Part shown: one piece after another, positions 10,387 to 20,039 of the stretch
How positions within the stretch are numbered: the first letter of the stretch is position 1
Layout: each line of letters begins with the position of its first letter
IMG/VR virus record: IMGVR_UViG_2806311071_000002
Location: 32,001-96,000 of that record
Reading direction: 5' to 3' (one strand)
DNA from: a virus
Lineage: Duplodnaviria > Caudoviricetes
Length of the DNA: 64,000 bases
Translations under genes and position numbers: made by a program
Notes under the pieces: model-generated
Database searches by the model: none
What the model saw: the letters and a program-made list of their open reading frames with translations, nothing else
What the model was told of the DNA's origin: nothing

Positions 10387-11070
10387 ATGATGAACATGTG
10401 TGGCAGGTTCACTTTATTCTCTGAGTTCGATGACATCATTGCGCAATTCAATATAGATCAATTTTTGTCTGAAGACGAATACCATCCAAGCTATAACGTT
10501 GCCCCTTCACAAAACATCCTGACAATCATTAATGATGGATCAAACAATCGTCTAGGCAAGCTTAGATGGGGTCTTATTCCTCCTTGGGCTAAGGATGAAA
10601 AGATCGGGTATAAAATGATTAATGCTCGTGCTGAAACATTGGCCGAGAAACCCAGCTTTCGAAAGCCACTCGTAAGCAAACGTTGTATCATCCCAGCTGA
10701 CAGTTTTTATGAATGGAAGCGTCTTGATCCAAAGACTAAGATTCCTATGCGTATTAAGCTCAAATCCTCCAATCTCTTTGCTTTTGCCGGCTTATATGAA
10801 AAGTGGAACACGTCAGAAGGCAATCCGTTGTATACTTGCACAATCATCACAACAAAGCCCAATGAGCTTATGGAAGACATCCATGATCGGATGCCAGTTA
10901 TCCTTACTGATGAGAACAAAAAGGAATGGCTTAACCCCAAAAACACCGATCCTGATTATCTTCAAAGCTTACTGCTGCCGTATGACGCTGTTGACATGGA
11001 AGCTTATCAAGTTTCATCCTTAGTTAACTCACCTAAAAACAACTCACCTGAGCTCATTGAATCCCATTAA
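10387..11070 (+). CDS. yoqW: SRAP/HMCES abasic-site processing protein
   Basis: MCGRF N-terminus, YNVAPSQ, INARAET, FYEW, IHDRMP. Confidence 0.95.
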   Translation: MMNMCGRFTLFSEFDDIIAQFNIDQFLSEDEYHPSYNVAPSQNILTIINDGSNNRLGKLRWGLIPPWAKDEKIGYKMINARAETLAEKPSFRKPLVSKRCIIPADSFYEWKRLDPKTKIPMRIKLKSSNLFAFAGLYEKWNTSEGNPLYTCTIITTKPNELMEDIHDRMPVILTDENKKEWLNPKNTDPDYLQSLLLPYDAVDMEAYQVSSLVNSPKNNSPELIESH

Positions 11071-11139
11071 GTACCACAGTCATTTTGCTTTATATATCAC
11101 CTTCGCTTAGCTATTATGTTCTAAGTAGGAGGTGATATT

Positions 11140-11952
11140 TTGTTTGTATCGCCAATGTTATTACATTCAATCAAAGAACCATTTGATGACGATGGTTATA
11201 TTACCGAGCTTAAATTTGATGGAATTAGACTGATCCTCTCCAAGTTTAATGATCAGATAAAGCTTTATACTCGTCACAACAATGAGGTAACAAGCAAGTT
11301 CCCAGAACTCTTGGATCTTGATATACCCAATGGAACTGTTTTAGACGGCGAAATCATTGTTGCTGCCCCAGGAGGCGCTCCAGATTTCGAAGCTGTAATG
11401 GAACGCTTTATGTCTAAGAAATCAGCTCATAAGGTGGTTTACTGTGTATTCGATGTAATTTATATTGAAGGACAACCAATCGCTAATAAGCCGCTCATTG
11501 AACGTAAAAACGTCCTTTTACACCTTAACCTTGACCACGATAATGTATTTGTTATTGAAGGTTTACAAGGAAACGGATTAGCTTATTTTAATCTGGCCAA
11601 AGAAAAGCATCTTGAAGGAATCGTACTAAAGAAAGCCAACTCCCCTTATGAAATCAATAAACGTTCCCATAGCTGGCTGAAAGTGATTAATTATGATTAC
11701 ACAGATGTGCTTATCACTGGCTACACCAAAGAGGATATAAAGTTTCTTCTGTCTTATCCTGATGGTACTGCAGCTGGATTTATGGAATTCGTGCCGAACG
11801 CAGAACGAAGTAAATTCCACTCTATGAAACATGTAAAGTCTGAAACTGACGAATATGTATTTGTAGAACCAATCTTATGTAAGGTTAAACACAGATTTAA
11901 GACTAAGCATGGCAAACTCCGTATACCTTCCTTTGAATCCTGGAGAGTCTAA
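11140..11952 (+). CDS. ligB: ATP-dependent DNA ligase
   Basis: ELKFDGIR, LDGEI, VFD, EGIVLK, WLKV motifs. Confidence 0.95.
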   Translation: MFVSPMLLHSIKEPFDDDGYITELKFDGIRLILSKFNDQIKLYTRHNNEVTSKFPELLDLDIPNGTVLDGEIIVAAPGGAPDFEAVMERFMSKKSAHKVVYCVFDVIYIEGQPIANKPLIERKNVLLHLNLDHDNVFVIEGLQGNGLAYFNLAKEKHLEGIVLKKANSPYEINKRSHSWLKVINYDYTDVLITGYTKEDIKFLLSYPDGTAAGFMEFVPNAERSKFHSMKHVKSETDEYVFVEPILCKVKHRFKTKHGKLRIPSFESWRV

Positions 11953-12030
11953 CCTCTCCGTTACATAATTCCTTAATGTCTCTTTCTTAACAAAATTCAA
12001 AATCTATTACATTAACACTTTAAGTTAGTT

Positions 12031-12186
12031 CTATTCCATCTCAATCCACTTATAATATTTCCCTATATGACAATCAAAGCGCCAACCATCCTCAATGACT
12101 TTCGTATGACTATTCTTATATTTCGAGTGATTTAATAACACCCTAGGAGAAAACATTATTCTCTGCCAATTAAATAATTCTTTCAT
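12031..12186 (-). CDS. Small hypothetical protein (51 aa)
   Basis: Manual translation MKELFNWQRI...YYKWIEME with AGGGG RBS. Confidence 0.45.
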   Translation of the reverse strand: MKELFNWQRIMFSPRVLLNHSKYKNSHTKVIEDGWRFDCHIGKYYKWIEME

Positions 12187-12367
12187 TTTTCATACCCCTT
12201 TCCTTGTGAATTTTCACTTTTGATAACAATGTTATCTTTACAGTTCGTTCAATTAAATATTCTGCATTGCAGTAATCGCATTTTACTCTAAATTCAAGAG
12301 ATGGCTCATAAACAATGGTTTCTCCACAAATCTCACAAGGAAAAACATCTTCATTAATTGTCCCCAT
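12170..12367 (-). CDS. Zn-ribbon protein
   Basis: CEIC...CDYC. Confidence 0.55.
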   Translation of the reverse strand: MGTINEDVFPCEICGETIVYEPSLEFRVKCDYCNAEYLIERTVKITLLSKVKIHKERGMKNERII

Positions 12368-12534
12368 AAATAAATCACATCCTTTAAAATAACTATTTTA
12401 TTTTGATCCCTAAATAATTTACCAAATATCATAGCCCACAAAATCATTTAAAATATTCGTCATTTCCTCATTCTCTTCTTCTGTCAATCCATATTCATCA
12501 AGTCTCTTTAAATAATCTTCTCGTTCGTTCTTGG

Positions 12535-13362
12535 TCAATTCCTTTCCTCCTTTAATTCCACATTAATATTCAATACTTTTGCAATCCGTTTACCCACCTC
12601 ATCGGAAACTGTTTGTGACACCCTTTCTTTAAATCCATGTAGTAGCTGACCTCCGTTTTCAAAACCTTCTGCAATAAGTGATTCAATCTTTTCTCCCGCA
12701 ATTCTATCCAGTTTTCCTGACTTAGACATCTTCTGAACTTCATTAGAAACCGCAATGCTAATCATATCTTGTACATCTTGTATTGAAATACCTAATTCAT
12801 TATGTATGTAGTTTTTGACTTCTTTGTATGCACTATTTTTATTTTCAAAGGTCTTCTTATGTTTACCTAATGGGACGAGGACACGGTATTCATCGCCAAA
12901 CACCAACCCAATAGTTTCTACGCTTACGTCTCCAGCAGAATGGCGTGATTTTACCGTTCCAACTCTCCCTGTATCATAATCGTCCCCTATTACTCCGTCA
13001 GGCCTAACAATGATAATCTTCTCGCCTACTTCCCCCTCACGTTCGACCATTTCGTAGCGTCGACCGTCAATGTGCACGATGTTGGTAGGTTCGAGAACGT
13101 GGTATTCTTCGCGGTAGATAAGTCCGTCGCAATTAATACCAGATGAGGCTGCGTCGCTGTGTACGTCTCCGTCCATTCTGTGATGAGTGTGATTTACTGT
13201 AAAAATATCGCCGATTTCGTAACCTTCATCGAACTCCTCTTTCCCAATAATTACGATCTTCTCACCGACCTCCGCCTTCCGATCGACCTCAACGTATTCA
13301 CGCTTGATGCCACCTAGTTTTTCGTCAACCAGTACGTGAATTTTAGCGTTAGTTTCCGTCAT
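12535..13362 (-). CDS. Chimeric hypothetical protein (repeat-containing N-terminus fused to an AT-rich SPbeta-type C-terminus)
   Basis: Two copies of YxxVxRxxEVGEKIxI; base composition shifts near 12870. Confidence 0.6.
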   Translation of the reverse strand: MTETNAKIHVLVDEKLGGIKREYVEVDRKAEVGEKIVIIGKEEFDEGYEIGDIFTVNHTHHRMDGDVHSDAASSGINCDGLIYREEYHVLEPTNIVHIDGRRYEMVEREGEVGEKIIIVRPDGVIGDDYDTGRVGTVKSRHSAGDVSVETIGLVFGDEYRVLVPLGKHKKTFENKNSAYKEVKNYIHNELGISIQDVQDMISIAVSNEVQKMSKSGKLDRIAGEKIESLIAEGFENGGQLLHGFKERVSQTVSDEVGKRIAKVLNINVELKEERN

Positions 13363-13554
13363 TTATTCCGTCTCCTTTTCTACTTTGAAAATCATGTCTG
13401 TCTTACAAGTGGGACACGCGTCATTTAGGATAGTAAAACCGTCGTAATCGCATGTAGTTGTCTTTCTCTTTTCACTAGATCCGAAAATATGCCCGTTAAT
13501 ACATTCGTACTTTTGTTCTTTAGCTTCGAAATTAAGTCCACAACCTAATAACAA
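13363..13554 (-). CDS. Small Cys-rich protein
   Basis: CINGH...CPTC; start codon uncertain. Confidence 0.45.
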   Translation of the reverse strand: MLLGCGLNFEAKEQKYECINGHIFGSSEKRKTTTCDYDGFTILNDACPTCKTDMIFKVEKETE

Positions 13555-13599
13555 AACCGTAACGATAACTACTCCCCAAATAATAGAAAACGCCTCCCG

Positions 13600-13741
13600 T
13601 TAATTTACTACGTGCACCTGCACCGACTGCTGGCCGAACTGTACTGCGTCGGCTTCTCGCGCAACAAATACGTCAATCTTGGCGAAATTCTTTCCAAAAA
13701 TGCGGACTCAACTGCGTATGTGCGATTAGCTGTACATTCAT
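13600..13741 (-). pseudogene. Fused remnants: ThyX-like N-terminus and 3D-domain C-terminus
   Basis: ATG 13741 gives MNVQLIAHTQLSPHF; a different frame gives KIDVFVAREADAVQFGQQSVQVHVVN*. Confidence 0.45.
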
Positions 13742-13819
13742 ATCGGATTCCAAAATATAACCCTACTAGTGATTTATAGTATAATGAACTCGCAAACTAA
13801 ATAAGAAAGGAAGATATGA

Positions 13820-14188
13820 ATGAAATTGAATCGGGATTGCATGAGAGATGTACTACTAACTGTGGAAGAAGAGGTTGGTTTTAAAGACAGTGTATCCATC
13901 CAAACCCTCCACACATTCCCTAGACTGAAAGAATATAAACTTGTCGACATTTTTTATTGCGTTGAAAAATTAATGGAAGCTAGATTTGTCGTAGGGATTA
14001 CATACAAAGGTGGCGCTGGTGTTTCTGAGCTAACGTTCAAAGGTCATGAGTTCATAGAATCTATTCGAGATGACGATGTTTGGAACAAGACTAAGAACGA
14101 ATTAGGAAAAGTCGGTGGAGCCACATTGCCTATCATCGTTGAACTAGCCACTAGTTTTTTAAAAACTAAACTAGGTCTCACTGTCTAA
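13820..14188 (+). CDS. DUF2513-like winged-helix protein
   Basis: MKLNRDCMRDVLL...LTFKGHEFIESIRDDDVW. Confidence 0.8.
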   Translation: MKLNRDCMRDVLLTVEEEVGFKDSVSIQTLHTFPRLKEYKLVDIFYCVEKLMEARFVVGITYKGGAGVSELTFKGHEFIESIRDDDVWNKTKNELGKVGGATLPIIVELATSFLKTKLGLTV

Positions 14189-14960
14189 CCCCGCTACTCC
14201 CGAAGCCGCCTGCACCTCGATCGCTATCGCCGAGCGTATCAACTTCCGTAAACGCCACCTGCTCGACCGGCTTGATTACGGCTTGGGCGATACGGTCGCC
14301 TTTTCGGATGATGTACGAACCTTTCGCAAAATGATCCCAAGCTCCGAGGTAATCGAGAGCACTGACGATTTTATCTCTGATATCGAAAAGAAAGTCCTTT
14401 TCAATATCTGTATAACGATTAATATTGTCGACGATCACTCCGACCTCTCCTCGATAGCCCGAATCAACTGTTCCGAGTTGCACACGCAGTCTAGTATTCA
14501 GCGTAATGCCCGAGCGCGGTCGGATCTGCATTTCGTAAGTATGAGCTTCTGAAGTGTAGTGATGCCTATTTAATTTTATATGAGTCTTCGCTTCTGCTTT
14601 GGTCAAAAACATTGTATCCGGCCGTACAATATGAACCTTTCGTTCTGGAATTAATTCTGCTTCTTCATCAATGTATTTTTGAATCCACTCAATAGGATCG
14701 TCAAAGTCGCCCTTTTTCAACTCAGTTAAAGCTTCCTTAGAGAGCTCACTATCTTCTTTTAAATCTTCTAAATAATCATCTAAAACATATGCTTCTGCAA
14801 TATATGGCAGGTATACAGAATACCGTTCTGCGTTTTCTTCCCGAACTTCGACCCATTCATAATCGCCAACTGTCCAGAAACGTGGTGCAGCTTGACAGTC
14901 GCTGTCTTGATTTTTCAACTCTTGCTGAAGTTCTTTTAAAAACTGAATATCTTGATTCAT
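14178..14960 (-). CDS. Chimera: YoqJ-like N-terminus fused to a 5'-truncated trimeric dUTPase
   Basis: dUTPase motifs 2-5 (RPRSG, GTVDSGYRGE, GDRIAQ, RGAGGFGSSG) present, motif 1 (AGxDL) absent. Confidence 0.75.
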   Translation of the reverse strand: MNQDIQFLKELQQELKNQDSDCQAAPRFWTVGDYEWVEVREENAERYSVYLPYIAEAYVLDDYLEDLKEDSELSKEALTELKKGDFDDPIEWIQKYIDEEAELIPERKVHIVRPDTMFLTKAEAKTHIKLNRHHYTSEAHTYEMQIRPRSGITLNTRLRVQLGTVDSGYRGEVGVIVDNINRYTDIEKDFLFDIRDKIVSALDYLGAWDHFAKGSYIIRKGDRIAQAVIKPVEQVAFTEVDTLGDSDRGAGGFGSSGVRQ

Positions 14961-15083
14961 TCGCTTCCTCCTATCTGTTTAAAATCACGATTTTAATTTA
15001 ACTTTAATGTGTATCATCTTGAGAAAATCCCCTTTAATTGGTAAGCTGACACCAGATCATACTTATACAAGGCAGGTGATGTC

Positions 15084-15458
15084 ATGAATAAAATAATCGG
15101 AATGGCTGGATTAATTATCTCCTTACTTGTGTCAGGGTTTTCAGCAAGTGATTCATTGACTCAAAAGATCGCTATGGCTTGTCTATTTTTGTTCTTATTG
15201 ATTTATAATTTTGAACATACTAAGGAGTTCTCTAAAAAATCTTTGGCTATTATAGGCTCTTCCTTCATTGTATTAATGCTTGGAATTTATCAATTGCTCT
15301 CTATAACTGGTGATTATTTTAAGAGCCATGGCTTAAATATGGGCCTTATCATCTTACTTGAGATTGTCTTAGTTATTGTATTAGTGACTGCTGCGCTGAG
15401 TTTAATCAAGTATATGGCTGATCGGTTAAGGAAAACACCTGTTGGTAAAGAGCTTTGA
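15084..15458 (+). CDS. Membrane protein with 4 predicted TM segments (YoqO-like)
   Basis: Four hydrophobic segments; counter-oriented. Confidence 0.6.
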   Translation: MNKIIGMAGLIISLLVSGFSASDSLTQKIAMACLFLFLLIYNFEHTKEFSKKSLAIIGSSFIVLMLGIYQLLSITGDYFKSHGLNMGLIILLEIVLVIVLVTAALSLIKYMADRLRKTPVGKEL

Positions 15459-15471
15459 CTCTTTGCCTTTT

Positions 15472-15711
15472 TTAAGCTAAATATTTCTTTTTATGCCGTC
15501 TTCTATGTACAAAATCAAATGCGATATCAACTTTAACTTTTGTTGGTTCCTTCACCTCTGGTGCTACTCGCTCCGTAACAACAATCAGTTGTCCATTTTC
15601 CTGGCGGTCAATGCTCTGGACTGAATATCCTTTAGCAGCGTAATATTCTCCAATAATCTCATCAACGTGGTTGCTATGCAGATTTGCCTTTATCATTCGA
15701 ATAACCTCCAC
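15472..15711 (-). CDS. YoqN-like small protein
   Basis: GGAGG RBS; synteny. Confidence 0.5.
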   Translation of the reverse strand: MEVIRMIKANLHSNHVDEIIGEYYAAKGYSVQSIDRQENGQLIVVTERVAPEVKEPTKVKVDIAFDFVHRRRHKKKYLA

Positions 15712-15868
15712 TTATTTTATTTTTATCCTTATTTCTTCTATATGTATTCCATCCGCAGCCGTCAAACATGCTTATGTCCGCACCCAGATGCCATTTAAAC
15801 CAAACTAAGTTAAACCAGGCTGTGTCAATTATGTGCTTTAAATATCCTATGCGCCTTCCTCCTTTCAA
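15674..15868 (-). CDS. Small hypothetical protein
   Basis: GGAGG RBS region; operon position; start uncertain. Confidence 0.4.
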   Translation of the reverse strand: MKGGRRIGYLKHIIDTAWFNLVWFKWHLGADISMFDGCGWNTYRRNKDKNKISGGYSNDKGKSA

Positions 15869-15881
15869 TGAAATAATCCTT

Positions 15882-16073
15882 TTATTGTGATTTATTTTCC
15901 AACGCTTTTAATTCTTCTTCATACAAAGGTAGAATAGCCTTTTCGGCTTCGCCCCTAGACACACCATGCTGCTCCATATATGTAACAATATCCATTCCAA
16001 TGTTATTTCCTAGCTCGGTTTCCCAAACTATGTGATCAGCCATAGCAAGATTTCCATCCATTAAGTAGTTCAT
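15882..16073 (-). CDS. Small hypothetical protein
   Basis: 63 aa; flanked by TAAAA/TTTTA-type motifs. Confidence 0.5.
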   Translation of the reverse strand: MNYLMDGNLAMADHIVWETELGNNIGMDIVTYMEQHGVSRGEAEKAILPLYEEELKALENKSQ

Positions 16074-16176
16074 CCCCTTTCTATATAAAACAGTCTTTTA
16101 TTACGATTCTGTAGCCTAAATTAAAAATCTCTTTCCTTCTTGGTTACAATTGAAACAGCCAAGTCAAGATTAACTA

Positions 16177-16515
16177 TTACTTTCTTTCATACATTTGTAT
16201 AACTTGATGTGCTTCGTGCTCTGAAATCAGACCGCCCCCATTAAAACGCCTAACTATTTTTCGTTTTGCTTTACTGAGTGGAGACAAGCCATGTTTTTTG
16301 AACAGAGTCACGATATATTGTTTTTGTTTTGGTGTAATGAAATGAGGACTATATACTCGGTCATCTTGTCGCAAATAAGCTTGTAGGTTAGCCTTTAACT
16401 GTTCGCCTTGTCTTACTGCCATATGAAGATACATATTTTCTTTATAGACATCTTTCATATGATCGACTTGCCTTTTTAAATTTTCATTTTCTTCCCTTAA
16501 TTGTGATTCCGTCAT
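16177..16515 (-). CDS. Hypothetical protein with N-terminal coiled coil
   Basis: GGAGG RBS, 112 aa. Confidence 0.6.
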   Translation of the reverse strand: MTESQLREENENLKRQVDHMKDVYKENMYLHMAVRQGEQLKANLQAYLRQDDRVYSPHFITPKQKQYIVTLFKKHGLSPLSKAKRKIVRRFNGGGLISEHEAHQVIQMYERK

Positions 16516-16546
16516 CTTTATTTCCCTCCGTTATTTCATATGTTTG

Positions 16547-16822
16547 TTATGATTTAATTTCAACAATTAGACTGTCTGGATAGTTCTTCAAATCAAGTGC
16601 GTTCACATGACAGTGTCCTACATGGCCTTCTTTATCAATGTAAGTATAGAAGAACTTTTCCCCATTATTGATGATAACTTCACCATGGTGCGTATACTCC
16701 ATCTCTGAACCCTTATACCAGATCACTTTAACTTCAGTTCCTGGTTGGATTTTATCCGGGTCAAATATTGTTACTTCTTTTAGCAAGTTCATTTTCTCCA
16801 TTTTTATTCCCCCGATGCTCAT
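16547..16822 (-). CDS. YoqG-like hypothetical protein
   Basis: Operon position. Confidence 0.5.
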   Translation of the reverse strand: MSIGGIKMEKMNLLKEVTIFDPDKIQPGTEVKVIWYKGSEMEYTHHGEVIINNGEKFFYTYIDKEGHVGHCHVNALDLKNYPDSLIVEIKS

Positions 16823-16844
16823 TTAACTTCAATTAGATTCTGTT

Positions 16845-17048
16845 TTAATCCCAATTAAAATGTTTGGGTCTAGCGACAAATTCGTAGTTCTCCTCCCAAT
16901 CAAATTGTTTTAAACCATCTTCTTCAAATTCCCAGCATTCACCTAGTAAAGGATCATCTAATTCAGGAACTCTTTTCTTTAAAGTTCGAAGTTTGTTGAA
17001 ATGACTAGCTGTTTTTAATTTAACTTTATCCATTGGTGCAAACTTCAT
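16845..17048 (-). CDS. YoqF-like small protein
   Basis: 67 aa; synteny. Confidence 0.5.
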   Translation of the reverse strand: MKFAPMDKVKLKTASHFNKLRTLKKRVPELDDPLLGECWEFEEDGLKQFDWEENYEFVARPKHFNWD

Positions 17049-17055
17049 TTTTTCA

Positions 17056-17220
17056 TCTACTTTCTTTTAATTTTTCTAATTTCAAAACGCCATTTATATG
17101 CATCTGAGCCAATTCGATCGAATAACTTTTTCTTGCTTTTGTTTTTGATGGTTCTGATATTCCAAAACAAAACTTTCGTGATCGTGTATTATATCCTCCA
17201 TATAAAACATCATTCTCCAT
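17056..17220 (-). CDS. YoqE-like small basic protein (54 aa)
   Basis: Manual translation MENDVLYGGYN...IRKIKRK with GGAGG RBS. Confidence 0.5.
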
Positions 17221-17287
17221 TTAAATCCTCCCTTTCTCAATAAAGTTTTATTTTTAATCTAATTCCCTCATGTTTTCCCACTCCCAA

Positions 17288-17974
17288 TTAGGAGATTTGG
17301 CTAAATAAAAAGTGTTCATCTTTAAATCCATAGGTTTCACTGAAAAGCATATTGCCGTACCTATCATCATTGTCTGACCAATGTTTAATTCTGTCGGAAA
17401 CTTCCACGAAGCGTTTCATTCCTTTTGCATCTACCACTATATAAACGAACCAGTAATCAGATTTCCTTGTTGCACAACCGGAAAGTTTAATAAACTCACT
17501 ACTTTTTTCCGGGTTGAAGCCCTTTCTCCATCCTTTAACAACTTGCCATTCACGCTCAAAAGCCGTTATAGACTGGTTCTCCTTGAATGGTTGCTTTTTG
17601 AAATCTGCTGTCTCTTTAGTAAAACCCTTGGCATCGATTTTATCTCTTTCATACCTTTGTGTCTTAGCGTGTTTTATTGGGATATCCTTTAATTGAGTAA
17701 TGTCTGTTCTTTGAAGCTCCTCTTTGCTAATAAATGAAATAACCTTCCCGTTTTTTAAAACCACATTTGGCAAAAATTCTAACTTGCAATTTGAGCACCT
17801 CTCGTTAAACCAATCATCTTCGACATATAAGCCTTCTGGCGCTCCTGAAACAACATCCCCCAACTCATAGTCTAATAGTAAGCATTCACCCCATTTAAAC
17901 TGAACCTCTGCGTTTTGGATTGCAGAACAGTTAGGACATTTGATCTGACCAACAAAGGTATCAAACATTCCCAT
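17288..17974 (-). CDS. Hypothetical protein with N-terminal Zn ribbon
   Basis: MGMFD start, CPNC...CSNC; bounded by palindromic motifs. Confidence 0.65.
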   Translation of the reverse strand: MGMFDTFVGQIKCPNCSAIQNAEVQFKWGECLLLDYELGDVVSGAPEGLYVEDDWFNERCSNCKLEFLPNVVLKNGKVISFISKEELQRTDITQLKDIPIKHAKTQRYERDKIDAKGFTKETADFKKQPFKENQSITAFEREWQVVKGWRKGFNPEKSSEFIKLSGCATRKSDYWFVYIVVDAKGMKRFVEVSDRIKHWSDNDDRYGNMLFSETYGFKDEHFLFSQIS

Positions 17975-18012
17975 TCAATCGCCATCCTTTTTTAATAAAA
18001 TGCATCTTTTAA

Positions 18013-18465
18013 TCACTTCTTTGTAGCATAGCTTTCAAAGAATACTTCAACTGATCTTAGGTAACGGTATTTATTTGGATCTTCCGGATTTCTGAATCTT
18101 TTCGATAGCACCAATGACCAATTAAACATCAATGGGGAAAACCTCGCCCATTTGCTAAAGCTTAACTGAAGACCTTTCCATTCTCTTCCCGCTAATTCTG
18201 CTAATTCCAGAATTTGATCTTCTTTTAAATTCACTTCTTCTTCAAACATCACTTGAATTTCTTCGTATGGCTTATGCCCAAAACAACAATGACGTGTTTT
18301 CAATCCAATCTTGAAATTTAAAATATCAATTAAATTAATCATTTGTGTACCAAGCTCATCATATGGAATACCATTTTTGAGGAACTTTTCTCTTTGGTTT
18401 AGTTTCATATTATCTTTCAATAGCAGATCAAAAGAATTCATACTCACTCCGCGCCCTCCTATCAC
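18013..18465 (-). CDS. YoqC-like protein
   Basis: [10 protein letters not shown] motif. Confidence 0.55.
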   Translation of the reverse strand: MIGGRGVSMNSFDLLLKDNMKLNQREKFLKNGIPYDELGTQMINLIDILNFKIGLKTRHCCFGHKPYEEIQVMFEEEVNLKEDQILELAELAGREWKGLQLSFSKWARFSPLMFNWSLVLSKRFRNPEDPNKYRYLRSVEVFFESYATKK

Positions 18466-18659
18466 ATGATAACTTGGCTAACACTTACACCATCCATTTT
18501 TATTCCTTCATATTCGTGCTTTATTCTCTGCTTATTATTGATTGAACCAATTTCACCTTTGCCGAAACAATCAACGCAAGGAATATCCTTGTCATAAAAT
18601 TTCCTCCCGTCTTCAACCCATGTAGCGTATCCTGTACCTTCGCAAACTGTGCACTTCAT
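18462..18659 (-). CDS. DnaJ-like Zn-finger mini protein
   Basis: CTVCEGTG...CVDCFGKG. Confidence 0.6.
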   Translation of the reverse strand: MKCTVCEGTGYATWVEDGRKFYDKDIPCVDCFGKGEIGSINNKQRIKHEYEGIKMDGVSVSQVIM

Positions 18660-18970
18660 AACTCAGCGTCCTCCTTCACGATATATCCCTTTAAAATTGC
18701 CTTATTAAGATCATAAGCATGCAAGCTGTTCAACGGTTCAAACAATCCAGTCCACGGATAAGTAACACCCATATTAATACCCAGTTGTTTCCCGACGAAT
18801 TGAAGGCGTGCAAACTCTTTTTTATCTCCTTTGGACAACGCGTTCACTCTTTCGGGTTCAGCATCAGCCATTTTTAAATAAAACATCATGCCTTCATCAA
18901 TAGCCCGCGCCTGTTCCCATGTGACCTCAACCTTATCGTTTGTTTTGATTGTGATTTTTGTCTTTGTCAT
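18656..18970 (-). CDS. Hypothetical protein
   Basis: Translationally coupled to its neighbours. Confidence 0.55.
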   Translation of the reverse strand: MTKTKITIKTNDKVEVTWEQARAIDEGMMFYLKMADAEPERVNALSKGDKKEFARLQFVGKQLGINMGVTYPWTGLFEPLNSLHAYDLNKAILKGYIVKEDAEL

Positions 18971-19089
18971 TCCGCACCCTCCAATACTTCACCTGGAATC
19001 ATAGTCCCGCACTCCGGGCATTCGTAAATGTCCATATGCCATAGTTCTAATTCACTTTCGCCGCAGCTAGGGCAAATAATATCTTCCAT
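18967..19089 (-). CDS. Zn-ribbon peptide (40 aa)
   Basis: Manual translation MEDIICPSCGESELELWHMDIYECPECG...EGAE. Confidence 0.55.
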   Translation of the reverse strand: MEDIICPSCGESELELWHMDIYECPECGTMIPGEVLEGAE

Positions 19090-19301
19090 CACTCCGCGTC
19101 CACCTTCTTCCGTCGCATCGAATTGACAAGCGTTTGAATTTCTCTTGTGATCCGCTCAGCCTCTTTTGCGCCTTGATCTATCACATTGAGTCTGTTTCGC
19201 TTTCTGTAAATCACCGCGTCATGCATGACATTGTTCACCTGTTCGTTCAATTCATCAAACAGATTGAAAAGTTGAATTGTTTTATCTTTGTATGCCATCA
19301 C
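19089..19301 (-). CDS. Small coiled-coil protein
   Basis: Translationally coupled. Confidence 0.55.
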   Translation of the reverse strand: MMAYKDKTIQLFNLFDELNEQVNNVMHDAVIYRKRNRLNVIDQGAKEAERITREIQTLVNSMRRKKVDAE

Positions 19302-19720
19302 TCCGCGTCCTCCAATAACTCAGGAGTTTCAAAAATGTTTCCGACAACCTCGATTTCATCAAGTCGATACCATAAGAACCTATCCAATTGGCTCTTTTTG
19401 CTGACATGGTTCATTCTGTCGATACCTTTCCGTCTCTCAATAACATAACGGTCAATAACATTTTCTTTGAGTAAAGGATTCACATACGATTCCTCAGTGA
19501 TATCCTTCTGGTATATATCCTTCCCTTTCTTGTCCTTTAGACCTGTGCCCCACATGAGATACGTATTTTTTTGAGTACTAGACGCAATACGGATGGGACA
19601 AAGAGCTCCAACGATATTGCGATACACCCTCCATTCTCTACCCGAGATAATAAGACTCAGCTCACCATCATCCCAATAATGCATCTTCTCGCCGTCCCAC
19701 ACTCTGTATGCGGTGTTCAT
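19298..19720 (-). CDS. yopX: YopX family protein
   Basis: YRVWD, TGLKDKKGKDIY, EVVGNIFETPELL. Confidence 0.85.
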   Translation of the reverse strand: MNTAYRVWDGEKMHYWDDGELSLIISGREWRVYRNIVGALCPIRIASSTQKNTYLMWGTGLKDKKGKDIYQKDITEESYVNPLLKENVIDRYVIERRKGIDRMNHVSKKSQLDRFLWYRLDEIEVVGNIFETPELLEDAE

Positions 19721-19992
19721 AGGAGCGAACCGTCCATGATAAGGACTTCAATGTCCGGATTGTTGAAAGTTCCTGAAATATAGGTGTAAGACATAAGCTC
19801 CCCATCTTCACCCTTCGTTTGTGAATACATAATGAGCGCATAGTCTCGTTCCACTTCTCGGATTTCATCGTCTTGAAAATTGTCGTAATCGTCCGTGTCA
19901 GCAATCTGCTCGTTGTAAATCCTTTCAGCATCCACCTCGTCTTTCGCTTTGATAAGCGCGTAATATGGATCATTGATTTCATAGAATTTCAT
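19717..19992 (-). CDS. YopY-like protein
   Basis: MKFYEINDPYYALIKAKD; adjacent to yopX. Confidence 0.55.
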   Translation of the reverse strand: MKFYEINDPYYALIKAKDEVDAERIYNEQIADTDDYDNFQDDEIREVERDYALIMYSQTKGEDGELMSYTYISGTFNNPDIEVLIMDGSLL

Positions 19993-20039
19993 TGTTCTTC
20001 CCCCTTTACCTTTCTTGATAAAACTTACATTTTATGTAC

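Noticed and set aside
19668-19982. 104-aa alternative-frame ORF over the yopY-like gene
   Set aside because: Shadow frame; 19717-19992 has the RBS and the family-like sequence
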